Assembly (NCBI GenBank): GCA_963674865.2
Contig: CAXXYE010000008.1
Span: 416,001-480,000, forward strand
Length of the DNA stretch: 64,000 nt
Origin: Candidatus Hydrogenedentota bacterium
Lineage (GTDB): Bacteria > Hydrogenedentota > Hydrogenedentia > Hydrogenedentales > SLHB01
Direction of reading: 5' to 3'
Of this stretch, positions 1 through 11,500 are shown one piece after another. The notes below the pieces were generated by a model that worked only from the letters and a program-made list of their open reading frames with translations, ran no database searches and had not been told where the DNA came from. A program made the translations under genes and the position numbers. Each line of letters opens with the position of its first letter. The first letter of the stretch is position 1.

Positions 1-1158
1 TCCGATCCCGGGATAGGGCGTGAACACCGACATCTCGCGGACAACCGTTTCGGGGGCGACGGCCAGGATGTGGTTGATGAGCCGGCACGTGTCGAGGAAC
101 TCCGCGGGCGTCTCGGTGGGGAAGCCGCCCATGAAATGATACGTGCCGCGGATGCCGCTCTCTTTTACCTTGCGCACCACCTCCATCACCATCTCGACGG
201 TGATGCCTTTGCCGATGACGTCGAGGACGCGGTTGGCACCGGACTCCACGCCGAAGGTGAGGAGCACGCACCCGCTCCGGCGGAGCCGTTCGATGAATGC
301 GGGGGGATACGTGGCGAAGTAGTCGATGCGGCAGCTTGCCGCCCACTTGATGCCGAGATTCGCCTCGATGAGCCGCGCCGCGATGGCCTCGACGCGCGGG
401 CGTCCCGCGAAGAAATTGTCCTCGCGAAACAGCACGCAATCGACGCGGAAGCGCGCAGTGAGATCCTTGAGGCGTTCGATAACCTCGTCGGCATCGAGAG
501 GCCGCCACCGGCTCCGGTGGACGGATTCGATGTAGCAGAAGCCGCAATGGTGGGGGCAGCCGCGGCTGGTACACAGCTCGAAATAGCGGTGAGCGCCGAG
601 TTCCGGGCGCGGGCGGATGTATTGCTCGACGTCCACGAGGTGGTACGGCACCGGGGGCAGCGCGGCCATATCGAGGAACCCCTCGGCCAACGAGCCGCTC
701 ACTTCGCCGTCACGGCCGCGGAACACGCCGGGGATGCCGTCCGTATCCTGGCCGCGCTTGAGGCGCTCGACGAGTTCCGCGAAGGCGTATTCCCCTTCTC
801 CGGCGACGACGAAATCCACGAGCGGATGCCGCGCCGTCTGCTCCGGGAGCAGGCTCGGATGCACGCCGCCCCAGACGATGGCCGCCCGGCTGCGTTCGCG
901 GACGAATCGCGCGAAATCGAGGCCGAAGCGGAGCTGTTCGCCCGTCATTGCCGAGATGCCGACGGCGGCGGGCGGCTCCCGTTCGAGGAGACGTGCCACC
1001 TCATCGCGCCAGTCAGGGGTGACGCACTCGTCGATGATCCGCACGTCCATGCCGCGCTCAACCAGGGGCGCGGCCACGTAGACGAGTCCCCAGGGAAAGG
1101 TGGGCGTCGAGCGGGTGAAAGGATCGTAGATGGGCCGGAAGAGGAGGACCTCGGCCAT
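1..1158 (-). CDS. B12-binding domain radical SAM protein, 3' end runs off the window
   Basis: Not in the ORF track; manual translation from ATG 1158 gives [37 protein letters not shown] (cobalamin-binding domain), TSRGCPHHCGFC (CxxxCxxC), FREDNF, FGVESG. Start overlaps the mnmG stop (TGATG). Confidence 0.9.
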   Translation of the reverse strand, partial: MAEVLLFRPIYDPFTRSTPTFPWGLVYVAAPLVERGMDVRIIDECVTPDWRDEVARLLEREPPAAVGISAMTGEQLRFGLDFARFVRERSRAAIVWGGVHPSLLPEQTARHPLVDFVVAGEGEYAFAELVERLKRGQDTDGIPGVFRGRDGEVSGSLAEGFLDMAALPPVPYHLVDVEQYIRPRPELGAHRYFELCTSRGCPHHCGFCYIESVHRSRWRPLDADEVIERLKDLTARFRVDCVLFREDNFFAGRPRVEAIAARLIEANLGIKWAASCRIDYFATYPPAFIERLRRSGCVLLTFGVESGANRVLDVIGKGITVEMVMEVVRKVKESGIRGTYHFMGGFPTETPAEFLDTCRLINHILAVAPETVVREMSVFTPYPGIG

Positions 1159-3035
1159 CAGGCCGGCTCCCCGGCGGCCGAGCGGCTGAGTTTCTCGATG
1201 TGGATGTGAAGCACGGCGATGTCGGCGGGGCGGATGCCCGAGATGCGGGACGCCTGCCCAAAATTGACGGGCCGGATCTGATCGAGGCGCTCTTTGCACT
1301 CGTGGGGCAGGCCGGGCACGCTGAAGAAGTCGAGGTCGTCGGGGATGCGCAGGTTCTCGGCGCCGCGGAAGCGGGCCACGTCGCGTTCCTGGCGGGCGAT
1401 GTAGCCTTGGTACTTCACCGTAATCTCGACCTGTTCGGCCACCTCGAAGGAAACCGGCGCCGGCGGCGGCGCAACTCGCCACACGTCCTCGATGCGCAAT
1501 CCCGGCCGGCGCAGTACTTGCGAGGCCGGCTGCGGTTCGGCAAGGGGCGCCTCGCCGCGTTCCGCCAGCAGGCGATTCAAGTCCTCCGACGGCGTAACGC
1601 GCGCCGCTTCGAGCCGCGCCACCTCCGCCCGCACGGCGTCCTCCTTCACGCGGACACGCTGGAGGAAGGCGTCGCCCGCGATGCCGTACTTGGCCAGGCG
1701 CGCGTCGGCGTTGTCATGCCGGAGCAAGAGGCGGTACTCCGCGCGGGAGGTGAACAGCCGGTAAGGCTCGAGCACGCCCCGCGTCACCAAGTCATCCACC
1801 ATGACGCCGATGTAGCCTTCGTTGCGCGGGATGTAGAGCGGCTCGGCATCTTCGAGGTAGCGGACTGCATTCAACGCTGCGAACAGGCCCTGAGCGCCCG
1901 CCTCCTCATAGCCGGAGGTGCCGTTAATCTGGCCGGCGTGGAACAGTCCCCGGACGCGCTTCGTCTCGAGGGTGGGCTTCAACTGAGTAGGCGGCACGAA
2001 GTCGTACTCGACGGCATAGCCGGGCCGCACAATCTCCGCCCGTTCCAGGCCGGGCACCGTGTGCAGGAAGGCGAGCTGGACGTCCTCGGGCAGGCTGGTC
2101 GTCAGGCCGTTGACGTAAACCTCCGCCGTATCGAGTCCCTCCGGCTCGAGGAACACGTGGTGGCGGTCTTTGTCGGGAAACCGCATTACCTTGTCCTCGA
2201 TACTCGGGCAATACCGGATGCCGATGCCCTCAATCTTGCCTGAAAACAGGGGTGAGCGATCCAGATTCGAGCGGATGGCCTCGTGCGTCCGGGCGTTCGT
2301 GTACGTCAGCCAGCACAGGATGTGATTCGGATCAAAGCCTTCAATGGGCGTCGAGAATGAAAAGGGCCGCGGGTGTTCGTCGCCGGGCTGGGCCTCCATG
2401 GCGTCCGTGTCGATGCTGCGCCGGTGCACGCGCGGGCAGGTGCCGGTCTTCAGGCGGCCCACGTCGAAGCCGAGCCGGCGGTAGGCGTCCGATAAGGCTC
2501 GGGCGGGCTGTTCCCCGGCGCGCCCGCCGGGGACGTCCCGCATGCCGAAGTGGAGCCGCCCGCCGAGGAAGGTGCCCGGACAGACGATCACCGCGCGCGT
2601 CGAGATGGTGTCGCCCAGCGAGGTGCGGACGCCGGCAATGGCGCCGTCGTCCACCACGAAATCCTCGATGAGCACCTGCTTCAGCGTCAGGGCAGGCGCC
2701 GACTCGCACACCCGCTTCATATCATATTGGTAGGCGACGCGATCCGCCTGGGCGCGCGGGCTGTGAACCGCCGGGCCCTTCGAGCGGTTGAGCATCTTGA
2801 ACTGAATGCCCGTCCGATCGATGCACCGCGCCATTTCGCCGCCGAGGGCGTCGATCTCGCGCACCAACTGGCCTTTGGCTACGCCGCCGATGGCCGGATT
2901 GCACGACATCCGGGCGAGGGTGTCGAGATTGATGGTGGCCAGCAGCGTCCTGCGTCCGCTCCGGGCGCAGGCCAGGGCGGCCTCGACGCCGGCGTGGCCG
3001 GCTCCGATGACTATGACGTCGAAATCGCGTTCCAT
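1158..3035 (-). CDS. mnmG: tRNA uridine-5-carboxymethylaminomethyl(34) synthesis enzyme MnmG/GidA
   Basis: [69 protein letters not shown] 3035 preferred over the ORF-track start at 3053. Confidence 0.97.
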   Translation of the reverse strand: MERDFDVIVIGAGHAGVEAALACARSGRRTLLATINLDTLARMSCNPAIGGVAKGQLVREIDALGGEMARCIDRTGIQFKMLNRSKGPAVHSPRAQADRVAYQYDMKRVCESAPALTLKQVLIEDFVVDDGAIAGVRTSLGDTISTRAVIVCPGTFLGGRLHFGMRDVPGGRAGEQPARALSDAYRRLGFDVGRLKTGTCPRVHRRSIDTDAMEAQPGDEHPRPFSFSTPIEGFDPNHILCWLTYTNARTHEAIRSNLDRSPLFSGKIEGIGIRYCPSIEDKVMRFPDKDRHHVFLEPEGLDTAEVYVNGLTTSLPEDVQLAFLHTVPGLERAEIVRPGYAVEYDFVPPTQLKPTLETKRVRGLFHAGQINGTSGYEEAGAQGLFAALNAVRYLEDAEPLYIPRNEGYIGVMVDDLVTRGVLEPYRLFTSRAEYRLLLRHDNADARLAKYGIAGDAFLQRVRVKEDAVRAEVARLEAARVTPSEDLNRLLAERGEAPLAEPQPASQVLRRPGLRIEDVWRVAPPPAPVSFEVAEQVEITVKYQGYIARQERDVARFRGAENLRIPDDLDFFSVPGLPHECKERLDQIRPVNFGQASRISGIRPADIAVLHIHIEKLSRSAAGEPA

Positions 3036-3085
3036 AACGCCCAAGAATACCACATTGCCGCCCCGGCAGTTGAATTGCGGCGGCC

Positions 3086-3157
3086 GCGAAAAGCAGGGAC
3101 AGACACGTCTGCGTTCGCCGGAGGCGGACTCCGCTTGTATCAGTCCCTGTTTTTCGC
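3086..3157. repeat. 72-bp imperfect palindrome (REP/MITE-like stem-loop)
   Basis: Arms 3086-3106 GCGAAAAGCAGGGACAGACAC and 3137-3157 are reverse-complementary at 18/21 positions; inner hairpin GTTCGCC-GGA-GGCGGAC. Confidence 0.7.
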
Positions 3158-3303
3158 TTCTTCTTGGCGCTTCTTCATCTACGGATAAGAAACGTCAGTT
3201 ATCAGTCAGAAAATTGGACGGGGCCCTCCCTGCGCCGTTCGGGAACGGCAAGGCGGGGGCCGGAAGATGGGCCTATTGCCATCGAATACAGCCCGTACCG
3301 GGA

Positions 3304-3332
3304 TTGTACCCTTGGTGTTCCTATGTTATGAT
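3304..3332 (+). promoter_or_regulatory. sigma70-type promoter for ftsH
   Basis: TTGTAC-17 nt-TATGAT with TGn extended -10, about 65 nt upstream of the ftsH ATG. Confidence 0.65.
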
Positions 3333-3398
3333 CCCATTAGAGATGGCCATCTTCCGGCCATCTGTGTTCTTTCGTAACACGAGGTTTGTGAAAACGTT

Positions 3399-5369
3399 AT
3401 GAATGACTTTCTGAAGCACGTTTCCCTGTGGATCATCCTGCTGCTCATGGTGGTCCTTGCGGCGACGTACCTTCTGGATAATCAGAACAGCACCAGGAAA
3501 CTGGATGTGACGGATTTCAAGGCGCAACTCGCCGCCGCGAACATCCAGAAGGTAGTGGCCGCCAGAGATGACGGCGATTCCGGAATATGGAACTTCGATG
3601 CCCGGCTCAAGGCCGCCGTGGACGGCCATGACACCATTGAGTTCCGCTATGACGGTTTCCCGCAGGAATGGAAGGATCAGCTGGAAGCTCAAGGCGCGCC
3701 CTATGAGATCAAGAGGGCCGGTACGTTGCTCACGGCGGTCCTGATCAATGTCCTCCCTCTTCTACTGATCATCGGCGTGTTCTGGTTCTTCATGTTCCGC
3801 CATATGCAGGGGGGGAGCAACAAGGCCCTTTCTTTCGGCAGAAGCCGGGCCCGCCTCGCCAACCAGAGCGATAAGGTCGTTACCTTCAATGATGTAGCGG
3901 GCGTCGACGAGGCGAAGGAAGAACTCCAGGAAATCATCGAATTCCTGAAAGATCCCAAGCGATTCACCCGTCTTGGCGGCAAAATCCCCAAGGGTGTGCT
4001 CCTGGTGGGGCCTCCGGGATCGGGCAAAACCTTGCTTGCCAGGGCGGTGGCCGGCGAGGCCAACGTTCCCTTCTTCAGCATCAGCGGCTCCGACTTCGTC
4101 GAGATGTTTGTCGGCGTGGGCGCCAGCCGCGTACGCGATCTGTTCCAGCAGGGCCAGAAGCATGCGCCGTGCATCATCTTCATCGATGAGATCGACGCCG
4201 TGGGGCGTCAACGCGGCGCCGGACTCGGCGGCGGCCACGACGAGCGCGAGCAGACGCTCAACCAGCTTCTCGTGGAGATGGATGGCTTCAACACGAGTGA
4301 GGGCGTTATCCTCATGGCGGCCACGAACCGGCCGGACGTGCTCGACAGGGCTTTGCTCAGGCCGGGCCGTTTCGACAGGCAGATCGTGGTGGCCAATCCC
4401 GACATTACCGGTCGTGAAGCGATTCTTGAGATCCATATCCGCAATAATGGCCTGCCCTTGAGCGATGACGTAAGCACCCGTACTCTGGCCCGAGGCACCC
4501 CCGGGTTTTCCGGCGCGGACCTGGCCAATATGGTAAACGAGTCAGCGCTGCTGGCCGCGCGCCGCAACCAGGATAATGTCACCATGTTGGACTTCGAGGA
4601 AGCGAAAGACCGCGTCCTCATGGGGCCGGAGAGGCGGAGTCTGGTGATCAGTCCCCAGGAGAAGAAAAGCACCGCGTACCACGAGGCGGGCCACGTCCTG
4701 GTGGGGCGGCTCATCGAAGGATGCGATCCCGTCCATAAGGTAACCATTATTCCGCGAGGGCCGACGCTCGGCGTCACGAGCATTCTCCCCGAAGAAGATC
4801 GCCACAACATGTCCAAGAAGTACTGCCTGGCGCGAATCCGTTGGGCCATGGGCGGCCGCGCGGCGGAGGAGGTCATATTCAACGAGTTCACGAGCGGCGC
4901 TTCCAACGACCTCAAAGTCTCGACGGATCTCGCGCACGCGATGGTGTGCGAATGGGGAATGAGTGAGCTGGGGCCCATAAGCTTCGGCTCCAACACGGAA
5001 GTTTTTCTCGGCCGCGACTTCGTGAAAGAGCGCGATTTCAGCGAGGAAACGGCATCCGCGGTGGATAAGGCGATCCACACCTTCCTCGAAGAGGCCTACG
5101 AGGATGCGAGAAAGATCGTGTCCGACCACAAGGGAATCTTGGAGGCTCTCGCTGAGGCGCTTTTCGAGCGGGAAACGCTCGAGGCCGAGGAAATCGACGA
5201 CATCATCCGCAAGCACGGCGGCGCCGACCTCCTCAAGACGACCGCGCCGCCCGAACAAGAGGCTGCGGCCGATGAGCCGCAGGGCCCTCCGGCGGTGGAG
5301 CAGGTGGAGGCGCAAGAGCCGGACGAGGAGGCGCCGCCCGCGGGGGACGTCGTGCCTGATACGGCCTAG
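3399..5369 (+). CDS. ftsH: ATP-dependent zinc metalloprotease FtsH
   Basis: Two N-terminal TM segments, Walker A GPPGSGKT, Walker [37 protein letters not shown] zinc motif. Confidence 0.98.
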   Translation: MNDFLKHVSLWIILLLMVVLAATYLLDNQNSTRKLDVTDFKAQLAAANIQKVVAARDDGDSGIWNFDARLKAAVDGHDTIEFRYDGFPQEWKDQLEAQGAPYEIKRAGTLLTAVLINVLPLLLIIGVFWFFMFRHMQGGSNKALSFGRSRARLANQSDKVVTFNDVAGVDEAKEELQEIIEFLKDPKRFTRLGGKIPKGVLLVGPPGSGKTLLARAVAGEANVPFFSISGSDFVEMFVGVGASRVRDLFQQGQKHAPCIIFIDEIDAVGRQRGAGLGGGHDEREQTLNQLLVEMDGFNTSEGVILMAATNRPDVLDRALLRPGRFDRQIVVANPDITGREAILEIHIRNNGLPLSDDVSTRTLARGTPGFSGADLANMVNESALLAARRNQDNVTMLDFEEAKDRVLMGPERRSLVISPQEKKSTAYHEAGHVLVGRLIEGCDPVHKVTIIPRGPTLGVTSILPEEDRHNMSKKYCLARIRWAMGGRAAEEVIFNEFTSGASNDLKVSTDLAHAMVCEWGMSELGPISFGSNTEVFLGRDFVKERDFSEETASAVDKAIHTFLEEAYEDARKIVSDHKGILEALAEALFERETLEAEEIDDIIRKHGGADLLKTTAPPEQEAAADEPQGPPAVEQVEAQEPDEEAPPAGDVVPDTA

Positions 5370-5565
5370 CCCGCTTCTCTCACGGCCGCATAGCGGGATT
5401 GCACGCATGTCACGCGGAACCGACGCGTTACCTCACGGACTTGCCATTGGCGCATCCGGCGATTGCGGTAGACGCCTTCTCATCAACGAGCCTGTTCTTA
5501 TTTGTTGATAGGCGAGAAGAGCGGGGCGCAGAGAGCTGCGTGTGAGATATTCAGGCTAGGGACAG

Positions 5566-6405
5566 ATGCCCGTAACGACACAACAGACCCGCTCGTTGTC
5601 CAGGACGCTCATCATGGGCATCGTCAACGTGACGCCGGATTCCTTTTTTGATGGGGGCGCGCTGGCCACGCCGGGGGATGCGGCCGCCCACGCGAGGCAG
5701 CTTGTTGAGGACGGCGCCGACATCATCGACATTGGCGGCGAATCATCCAGGCCCGGAGCCGAGCCCGTGGGGCAGGCGGAAGAGCTGAGGCGGGTGATGC
5801 CGGTGCTCGAGATGCTCCAGCCGTTGGGGATACGCGTATCCGTCGATACATACCGTGCGGAAACGGCCCGTCAGGCCATCGCCCGCGGCGTGGCCATGGT
5901 GAATGACATCTCGGCCTTGAGAGCTGATCCCGCCATGGCGGAGGTCGTGGCGGAGGCCGGCTGTGAATGTGTTTTGATGCACATGAAGGGCCGGCCGCAG
6001 ACGATGCAGGCCGATCCGCATTACGACGACGTTGTAGAGGACATCTGCCGTTTCTTTGAAGAGCGGATAGCCTTTGCCGTGCGCTCGGGCATTGCCGAGC
6101 ACGCGCTCTGGCTTGATCCGGGATTCGGATTCGGGAAGACTGTCGAGCACAACCTCGCTATCCTGAGACGTCTCGATGAGTTTAGGCGCTTCGGATTGCC
6201 GGTGCTGGTAGGTACGTCGAACAAGTCCACCATAGGCGCGGTGCTGGACGTGCCCGTAGACGAGCGGATGGAGGGCACCGCGGCCACGGTGGCTATTGCT
6301 ATCGCCAACGGCGCCGATGCCGTGAGGCTGCACGATGTGAAAGCCATGGCCCGCGTCGCGAAGATGGCCGATGCGGTTCTTGGAAGGGGAGCGACTAATG
6401 ACTAG
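5566..6405 (+). CDS. folP: dihydropteroate synthase
   Basis: IMGIVNVTPDSF, DIGGESSRPG, SVDT, VNDIS, LMHM, DPGFGFGK, RLHDV; conserved ftsH-folP-glmM order. Confidence 0.95.
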   Translation: MPVTTQQTRSLSRTLIMGIVNVTPDSFFDGGALATPGDAAAHARQLVEDGADIIDIGGESSRPGAEPVGQAEELRRVMPVLEMLQPLGIRVSVDTYRAETARQAIARGVAMVNDISALRADPAMAEVVAEAGCECVLMHMKGRPQTMQADPHYDDVVEDICRFFEERIAFAVRSGIAEHALWLDPGFGFGKTVEHNLAILRRLDEFRRFGLPVLVGTSNKSTIGAVLDVPVDERMEGTAATVAIAIANGADAVRLHDVKAMARVAKMADAVLGRGATND

Positions 6406-7741
6406 ACGGCTTTTCGGCACGGACGGCATTCGCGGCGTGGCCAACAACTATCCCATGACCGCGGAGGTCGCCCTGAAGCTTGGCCGTGCGACGGGCGTCA
6501 TCTTTCGCCGGGAGGAACGCCAGCATACGATCCTTATCGGGAAGGACACGCGCCTGTCCGGCTACATGTTTGAGAACGCCCTCACCGCCGGGCTGTGCTC
6601 GATGGGCGTCAACGTGCTGCTGGTCGGCCCGCTCCCGACGCCCGGCGTGTCCTACATCATGCGTAGCCTCCGGTGCGACGCGGCCATCATGATCTCCGCC
6701 TCGCACAACCCGTTCGAGTACAACGGCATCAAGTTTTTCGGGCCCGATGGCTTCAAAATCGCCGACGAGGTGGAATCCGAGATCGAGCGGCTTGTCACGA
6801 GTGATGACATGGGGCAAAACGGCTTTTCCGCCGAGAACGTCGGCACGGCACGCCGTATCGACGACGCCGTCGGCCGGTACATCGAATTTGCCAAGGCCAC
6901 CTTCCCGAAGGGCATGCGCCTTGACGGCCTGAAGATCGTGTGCGATTGCGCGAACGGCGCCCTCTACAAGGTGGGCCCCTATACGTTCTCCGAGCTGGGG
7001 GCCGAAGTCGTCTCGATTGCCGATCGGCCCGACGGCCACAACATCAATCACAACTGCGGCTCCGTCCATCCCGAAGAGATGCGGGCGCGCGTCATCCGCG
7101 AGCGGGCCGATCTCGGGATCGCCTTTGACGGCGACGGCGATCGGATCGTGATGGCCGACGAGAATGGACTTTTCCTTGACGGCAATGCCCTACTTGCCGT
7201 CCTGGCCACGGACATGCTCGAGCGCGATGAGTTGCCTAACAAGACGCTGGCAACAACGATCATGGCGAATGGGGGCCTGGATCGCGCCCTCGCGCCGCTC
7301 GAAGGCAAGATCGTCCGTACCAAGGTGGGCGATCGATACGTGGTCGAGGCGATGCGCGAGCACAACTTGATCCTGGGAGGTGAGTCGTCCGGCCACATTG
7401 TCATGCTCGAACACAACACCACCGGCGACGCCCTGATCACCGCTTTGCACGTGCTGGCGACGATGATTCGGCGTGATCAGCCGCTTTCGGTTTTGGCCGG
7501 CGTCTATCAGCCATTGCCCGAGGCGCACGTTTCGGTGCCGTTGCGTCAAGGCAAGGGGCCGACTCAGAAGCAGTTGGATGGCGTGCGCGAAACCGGGGAG
7601 GCCCGTTTGGACGGGCGGGGCCGTATCGTGATCCGCCGCTCCGGTACCGAGCCGGTGATCCGGGTTATGGTTGAGCACGAGGCCGTGCGCGAAGCGGAAT
7701 CGCTTGCGCAGAAGCTTGCGCGGGAAATCGAAGCGATGTAA
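6398..7741 (+). CDS. glmM: phosphoglucosamine mutase
   Basis: LFGTDGIRG, ISASHNP, FDGDGDR, GGESSGH, RRSGTEP; ATG 6398 overlaps the folP stop. Confidence 0.96.
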   Translation: MTRRLFGTDGIRGVANNYPMTAEVALKLGRATGVIFRREERQHTILIGKDTRLSGYMFENALTAGLCSMGVNVLLVGPLPTPGVSYIMRSLRCDAAIMISASHNPFEYNGIKFFGPDGFKIADEVESEIERLVTSDDMGQNGFSAENVGTARRIDDAVGRYIEFAKATFPKGMRLDGLKIVCDCANGALYKVGPYTFSELGAEVVSIADRPDGHNINHNCGSVHPEEMRARVIRERADLGIAFDGDGDRIVMADENGLFLDGNALLAVLATDMLERDELPNKTLATTIMANGGLDRALAPLEGKIVRTKVGDRYVVEAMREHNLILGGESSGHIVMLEHNTTGDALITALHVLATMIRRDQPLSVLAGVYQPLPEAHVSVPLRQGKGPTQKQLDGVRETGEARLDGRGRIVIRRSGTEPVIRVMVEHEAVREAESLAQKLAREIEAM

Positions 7742-7803
7742 GCGCCGCTGTGGCCGGCCTCGGGCGCTGACGCCGGGGCCTGTCCAAGGGGAGGGTATGT
7801 CTC

Positions 7804-8526
7804 ATGATCGAACTCGGCGTAAATATCGACCACGTGGCCACGCTGCGCGAGGCCCGCAAGGGCGTGGCGCCGGATGTCATCGCGGCGGCCAAGATCTGCG
7901 AACTGGTTGGAGCGCACCAGATCACGGTGCATCTTCGCCAGGACAGGCGACACATTCAGGATCGCGATGTCGAACTCCTGTCGGAGGTGTTGAACATTCG
8001 GCTCAATCTCGAGATGGCGGCCGTCGACGAGATCATCGCCATCGCGCGGCATATCCGCCCTTCCTCCGTCTGTCTTGTACCGGAGAACCGTCTCGAGGTC
8101 ACCACCGAGGGCGGACTGGACGTGGCGTCTCAGGTTGATCGGCTGGCCGAGGTCGTTGCCGGATTTCACGAGGACGGCATCAAGGTGAGCATGTTCATCG
8201 ATCCCGAGCGCGATCAGATTGACGCCAGCGCCGCTATCCAGGCCGATGCCGTCGAGCTTCACACCGGTGCTTACGCCAACGCCGTCGGCGGGCAGGTAGA
8301 GGAGGAACTCGCCCGCCTGTCGGATGCCTCGGCCCACATACTCGACACGGGCCTCACCTTCCACGCAGGCCATGGCCTGACGGTGCGAAACCTGCGGCCG
8401 GTTGCCGCGATCCCCGGACTCGCCGAGGTCAATATCGGCCACGATATCATCGCCCGCGCGGTATTCATCGGCTTGGAGAACGCCGTCAGCGAGATTCTCG
8501 ACATCCTTCTTGAGTGTTCACCGTGA
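7804..8526 (+). CDS. pdxJ: pyridoxine 5'-phosphate synthase
   Basis: [50 protein letters not shown]. Confidence 0.97.
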   Translation: MIELGVNIDHVATLREARKGVAPDVIAAAKICELVGAHQITVHLRQDRRHIQDRDVELLSEVLNIRLNLEMAAVDEIIAIARHIRPSSVCLVPENRLEVTTEGGLDVASQVDRLAEVVAGFHEDGIKVSMFIDPERDQIDASAAIQADAVELHTGAYANAVGGQVEEELARLSDASAHILDTGLTFHAGHGLTVRNLRPVAAIPGLAEVNIGHDIIARAVFIGLENAVSEILDILLECSP

Positions 8527-8572
8527 TGCGCCAAGGCGGCCCTGGCGAAGGGTCGCAGGGAGCCTCGCCAGT

Positions 8573-11500
8573 ATGAACCGAGCGTCAAGAATGATAGTGG
8601 CGGCCGTCGTTTGCCTGGCGTGCGTCGCCGGCGTGGCGGCGGGCCTGGACGACATCCGGTTTGAGCGCATGTGGCCCACGCTTCAGCAGCCCTGGTATTT
8701 TTCGGGTCCTGACCACATTGCCGTCGATCTTTACGGCAACGTCTACGTGTCCGACGAAGGCAACTACACCGTTCAGAAATTCACGCCCAGCGGCCAGCTT
8801 ATCTCGAAGCAGATCACGCCGCTCGCATCAAGCTGGCTCATCACCAATTCCTCACCACCGCTCGCCACGGATGAAGAGGGCTATCTGTATCTGGCCGATC
8901 CGAATAACGACCGCATCCTCCGGTATTCTCCTCAGGGCGCGTTGGTGCATGAATGGGGCGAGAGCGGGGACGGCGACGGGGAACTCAGAGTCCCCTCGGG
9001 CATCGTCGTCGAGGATGGCCTCGTCTATGTCACGGAGGATCGCAACAGCCGCGTTCAGGTATTCACAACCGATGGCGACTTCGTCCGGAAATGGGGCAGT
9101 CCAGGCAGCGGGGACGGGCAGTTCAATTGGCTGTTCGAGAACATTCATGGAATTGATCTTGACGAAAATGGCTACGTGTATGTGACGGACACCGGCAACA
9201 ACCGCATTCAGAAGTTCACCAAGGAGGGCGTATTCGTTCTTGCCTGGGGCACGCAAGGCAGCGACCCCGGCCAGTTCTGGTGGCCTCTGGACATTGCCAC
9301 TGATGGCCAAGGCCATGTGTGCGTCGCCGATTATTTCAATCACCGGATCCAGAAGTTCACCACCGACGGGACCTTCGTCGCCGTCTGGCTGGATGACTCC
9401 GGGGATAGCGAGCTGTTTGTCCCTTCTAACATTGACGTCGGTCCCACCGGTGATGTCTGGGTCGCCAACACCGGCGGCCAGCGCGTCAAACGCCTGACCT
9501 CGGAAGGGCGTCTGCTCTTTTCCTGGGGGCCCGACGGTACACGCCCGGGCCAGTTTCGCGGTCCCGTCAGCGCGGCCACCGACAGCGCGGGCACGCTCTA
9601 TGTCGTTGATTACGGCAACAGCCGCATACAGAAGTTCGACCCCGACGGGCAGTACATCGCGAGCCTTGGCGGCTGCGGCGCCGACCCGGGCCAGTTTGCC
9701 GGGCCAAGCTCCATCGCCATTGATGCTCAGGATCGGCTCTATGTCGCGGACACATACAATGATCGGATTCAGAAGCTCACTACAGATGGCCAGTTCCTCG
9801 GCGCTTGGGACGGCCCCAACGACACCGACGACTACTTCCCAGAGCGGCTCGCCCTTGACGGCTTGGGACACGTCTATGTCCTGGGGAACAGCAACCACCT
9901 CGTTCAGGTGTTCGACACGGACGGCACGTTCATCACGGAATGGGGCGATCAAGGGGTCGACCCGGGAGAGATCGAATACGCCACCGGCATTGCCGCCGAC
10001 GGGGAGGGATACGTGTACATCGCTGATGGGGGCGATGGGCGTGTGAAGCGATTACCGCCGCGGGCGAGAGTGTTGACGAGATTTGGATTACTTGGCCGCA
10101 CCAGTTGTACGGCGTAGCCGTGGGGCCGGAGGGATATGTTCACGCCTTCAACGAATTCTACGTTCGCCAGTACACGAAGGATGGCGATTTTGTCCAGAGC
10201 TGGGGCGGTTTCGGGAGCGATCCCGGCCAGTTCCTGCGCCCCATGGGCATCGCCTGGGGGACAGGGGACAGTTTCTACGTCTGCGACACGGGCAATCAGC
10301 GCGTGCAGGCATTCCGTGAGGACGCCCTGGCAACCGGCGGGAGCGGCGCCGTCATCGTGGCGGGGCGCTCGCTTGCCAATGAGCGCCTGTGGGACGCGAC
10401 GCGCATGTGTTCCAATCTCGCCTACCGCGCCCTCGTTCATCAGGGCTTCAACAAGGATTCGATCTACTACCTGACCTCCGACGACACCGTCGACCTCGAC
10501 GGCAACGGAGAAGCGGATGATAGGGACGGCGACGCCACGGCAGAAGGACTGGAAGAGGCGTTGACGACGTGGGCCGCCGGCAAGCACAACCTTGTCGTCT
10601 ATCTCGTCGGCCCGGGCTCCAGACTCTCCTTTCAGATGGGCGACGACGAGCGTGTCACTGCCGCAGAGCTGGCTGATTGGTTGAGCACGGCCGCCGGCGG
10701 GATTACAGGCCGCCTCGTCGTCCTATACGATGCCAGCGCCTCCGGCAGCTTCATCCCGGCGCTCACGACTTTGCCGGGAAGCTGGACAGTTATCACCAGC
10801 GCCACGTCAAGCCAGGGCGCTTACTTCGTCACCGACGGCACGATCTCTTTCTCGAACCTGTTCTGGGGCCACATCTTCCGGGGGCAGGGCGTCGCCGCGG
10901 CCTTCGCTTTGGCAAGGAAGACCATCGGGGACGATGGCGCGTATCAGATGCCTCAGGTGCGCGTTAGTACGAAGGCGGGCCTTGGGAAGCAGGAGGCGGA
11001 GGTTGTGGAGGGCAACGTGGTCTACGATGAGTCGCCTGCCATCGGCGCCGTGTCGCCGGCTCAGAATCTCCAGGCGGGGACGACTGCCGCGCTCTACGCT
11101 CAAGACGTTACCGATGACAACGTCACGATTTCACGCGTCTGGGCTGTTATCCGGTCCCCCGCTTTTCTCAAAGCGGCTGCGACGGCAACTGTCGTGGACT
11201 TGCCCACGGTGGAGCTCCTGGCAGATGATGACGGGCGCTATGAGGGCAACTACGATGCTTTCGCCTTGGACGGAACCTACCTGGTGGACGTATACGCTCT
11301 CGACGATAACCTCAACTTGTCCGAGGTCTCCCAGACAACGGTTACCAAGTCCAATGGCTTTACCGGCTGCACACTCACCGGCGTTGTGATGGATGCCGAC
11401 ACTGAGCAGGGGATCGCGAATGCTGAAGTCGTCCTGAGCGACTACTACAATCTATCCGCCACGGCAAACGAGAACGGCGTCTACACCTTTGCTTTGCTCC

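Noticed and set aside
70..1209. 379-aa plus-strand ORF
   Set aside because: Antisense shadow of the radical SAM gene; no motifs of its own.
5401..5413. 13-mer GCACGCATGTCAC repeated at 52875-52887
   Set aside because: Matches of this length are expected by chance in 64 kb of GC-rich DNA.
8690..10320. Recurrent CAGAAGTTCAC and CCCGGCCAGTT nucleotide repeats as a CRISPR or tandem array
   Set aside because: They encode the QKF and PGQF motifs of NHL repeats; no fixed repeat-spacer structure or cas genes.
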